A stretch of 32,000 nt of DNA. Origin: Methanosphaera stadtmanae DSM 3091 (GTDB lineage: Archaea > Methanobacteriota > Methanobacteria > Methanobacteriales > Methanobacteriaceae). Location of the stretch: contig NC_007681.1 of the NCBI RefSeq assembly GCF_000012545.1, positions 1,530,001 to 1,562,000 on the forward strand, given 5' to 3'. The notes below the pieces were generated by a model. That model saw nothing but the letters and a program-made list of their open reading frames with translations. It was not told where the DNA came from and made no database searches. The position numbers and the translations under genes are program-made. Shown here piece after piece: positions 29,796-32,000 of the stretch; within the stretch, counting starts at the first letter, position 1, and each line of letters begins with the position of its first letter.

Positions 29796-30708
29796 ATTAT
29801 TACCTTTATATTAATTAAGTGAATTTTGTAACATTTAATAAGACTTAGTAAAAAAAATTAGTAGATTTACTTGTCAATTATGTTTAATTATAAACTTGTA
29901 AATGTTAATCATGAAATAGTTATATTTTTCCATGATAGATGAATAAAATTTAGTTATTTTTTTAAACATCGTTTTTATCACATTATATTTATTATTTGTT
30001 TATTCTATTATTAATAGTTACAGAAATGTTACATAAATTTAGAGATATATGGAAAATTGTATATTATCTCTAAAGAATTCCCCTACATATTATCATAAGT
30101 TATGCTATTTTAATAGACAAAATTAATTATATATTTAGAATTTATATAAAAATTAATAAAATTGTATATATAAATCATTATGAATTTAATAAAATACAAG
30201 TTTTCATAAAAAAGAATAATCTTTAGAAAATAATAGAATACTATGAAAATAGCAATCCATTATAATATACAATATATAATGTAAATTCTTTTTACTTTAA
30301 AGAAAAAATACCTTCTAAAAACATACTTTTAAAATATAATAGAATATATTGCAAATAGTATGTGATTTTAATAATAAATGAAAATTTAATTTTTTATTTA
30401 TAATACAGTTTAAATAAATCTTAATATAAAAATCACAACAATATTCATACTTATTTTAGAATATAAATAAGATTTTAAAAAACAGAAATCAACATTTGAA
30501 AAACAACATTTTACACATGAAAAATCATAGAAAAACAAAAATCATACATATAAAAACAAATTTTTATTTATATATAAAATATCATACCCTAATTTCCACA
30601 TATTAACAACACTCACCAATTATTAATTAATGTTATTTTTCATAGAAAACTACTAATTTTAATAAACAACTTCTTATAAAAATAAATTATAGAATAGGAA
30701 GAAGGATT

Positions 30709-31431
30709 ATGAGTAAACAAACAGTAAGAAAAACAATAAAATTAGATGCTAATCTATGGAGTAGTTTTCAAGAAAAGATAGAACAAGAGTATGGAACTAC
30801 ATATAAACATACATCAGAAGAGATAGAGAATGCTATTGCAAATTACATCAATAAAGATATTCAAGATATTGAAAAAACAAAAACAATTATTCAAAATCTA
30901 AAATATGAAAATGAAAGTTTAAAAAGTGAAAATACAAGCCTAACAAAAGAAATTAAAAGTATTACAACAGAACATTTAAAATTAACTAATGAAAATAAAA
31001 AACATACATCTACAATAGATACACAAAAAAGTAGTATAGAATTACTTGAAAGTAAGAATTTGAATTTAGAAAATAAAATACAACAACTCGAAATAGAATT
31101 AAATCGTGTGAATTCTTTAAATAATGATAATGTTGAAGAAATTAAAATTTTAAAAGAAAATAATAAAGTTTTAGAAGAAAAATATATTGAACAAGTTGAA
31201 ACAACAAATAAACAAGTGCAAGAGAATACTAAAATTAAAAATAAACGAGAACATGCACAAGAAAGACTAAATAAAACACAAGACGAACTAAATGAAACTC
31301 TAAAAAGACTTGAAAAATATAGTTATGCCATAGGTCAAGTTCAACATATGAATATTATTGATAGAATTCTTAACAGACTACCTCAACAAGTAAAGGAATT
31401 ACAAGCTGCAACTTATGAGAAAAAAGAATAG
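30709..31431 (+). CDS. Hypothetical protein: RHH-like N-terminus plus about 180-aa coiled coil
   Basis: 240 aa. The N-terminus VRKTIKLDANLWSSFQEKIEQEYG..SEEIENAIANYINK fits a strand-helix-turn-helix (ribbon-helix-helix) pattern. The rest is heptad-rich and K/E/N/L-rich (LKYENESLKSENTSLTKEIKS..., LEIELNRVNSL...). I recognise no family. Confidence 0.6.
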   Translation: MSKQTVRKTIKLDANLWSSFQEKIEQEYGTTYKHTSEEIENAIANYINKDIQDIEKTKTIIQNLKYENESLKSENTSLTKEIKSITTEHLKLTNENKKHTSTIDTQKSSIELLESKNLNLENKIQQLEIELNRVNSLNNDNVEEIKILKENNKVLEEKYIEQVETTNKQVQENTKIKNKREHAQERLNKTQDELNETLKRLEKYSYAIGQVQHMNIIDRILNRLPQQVKELQAATYEKKE

Positions 31432-31441
31432 AAATATCCTA

Positions 31442-31801
31442 TCATTCTTTAATATACATTATAGGATATTCTAATTCTTCATCATAGGATATGCATGTAG
31501 AAATAACATCACTTCCCACATTCGTAGTTAATGTTACCTCAAGCATTGAACCCTCAAGAGATGTGTAGTTCATAGATCCACATGCATCTTTAATTAAATT
31601 CTTATTTAAAGAAACCTTCACATCTATAATTGCTGGTTGTAATAGTATACTTTCTTCTATAGCTTTTTCCAAACTACTACAGCTTTCAATATTAACTGGT
31701 GTTCCAACAAATTGATGATATAATGCACCCATACTAATACCACCCTCAAATATGGCTCTTTCCCTATTGGATAAATTTCTAAAATAATATTCTTCTTTCA
31801 T
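31442..31801 (-). CDS. mptD: Archaeal dihydroneopterin aldolase (MptD family)
   Basis: RERAIFEGGISMGALYHQFVGTPV and SLEKAIEESI match the MptD family (methanopterin/folate branch) as I recall it. GAGGT (31808-31812) abuts the first ATG (31807), so the second ATG (31801, 6-nt spacing) is preferred. Confidence 0.7.
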   Translation of the reverse strand: MKEEYYFRNLSNRERAIFEGGISMGALYHQFVGTPVNIESCSSLEKAIEESILLQPAIIDVKVSLNKNLIKDACGSMNYTSLEGSMLEVTLTTNVGSDVISTCISYDEELEYPIMYIKE

Positions 31802-31830
31802 AGACATACCTCATTATATCATATATCATG

Positions 31831-32000
31831 TTACATTTTTAAATCTACCCATAATGGAGCATTATATGTTGGAATTGTTAAGATAATATTATCCATATTT
31901 GATATAACAGCTACTACAGAATCTCTTGGAATTTCAACCATTATAATATATTCAACATCCAAATTTCCAAGATTGGAAGTCCTCTCATAATCAGATAAAC
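31831..32000 (-). CDS. 3' end of an unidentified gene (partial; continues beyond the window)
   Basis: The minus frame is open to the window edge and reads ...LSDYERTSNLGNLDVEYIIMVEIPRDSVVAVISNMDNIILTIPTYNAPLWVDLKM*. It ends 23-29 nt upstream of the mptD start, so is probably co-transcribed. Confidence 0.45.
   Translation of the reverse strand, partial: LSDYERTSNLGNLDVEYIIMVEIPRDSVVAVISNMDNIILTIPTYNAPLWVDLKM

Overview
AT-rich (roughly 30% GC by eye) archaeal chromosomal segment. Gene content and order are typical of Methanobacteriales, and the very AT-rich, long intergenic regions suggest a Methanosphaera/Methanobrevibacter-like genome (inference only). Almost everything is conserved core. 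On the plus strand: tfb, pyrH (minus), aRF1. On the minus strand: rpoH, then rpoB2-rpoB1-rpoA1-rpoA2-rpl30e-nusA, then rps12-rps7-fusA, then tuf-rps10-tRNA-Ser. These are followed by a five-tRNA cluster (Thr-Pro-Tyr, Asp-Lys), tpiA-pgk, taw1, a DUF1002-like exported protein, a flavodoxin/ferredoxin fusion, korDABC-sucC, an orphan RHH-like coiled-coil protein and mptD. I found no convincing novel multi-gene system (no CRISPR array, no defence, toxin or mobile-element gene set), so this looks like an ordinary core region. The observations most worth a second look are: (1) a badly decayed UvrD/Rep-type helicase pseudogene beside a perfect 14-bp x9 tandem repeat, in a 1.1-kb gene-poor gap flanking tRNA-Ser; (2) hairpin-plus-oligo-T structures that embed the stop codon at six gene ends; (3) a 1,038-bp ORF-free spacer separating rpoH from rpoB2; (4) start codons that appear misplaced in the ORF track (fusA, rpoH, rps10, korA, mptD, DUF2116); (5) an acidic N-terminal extension on TFB and a Cys4 insert in aRF1; (6) the orphan RHH-like coiled-coil gene behind a 913-bp non-coding tract. 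All functional calls come from recognised motifs and recalled family knowledge. No database search was possible.
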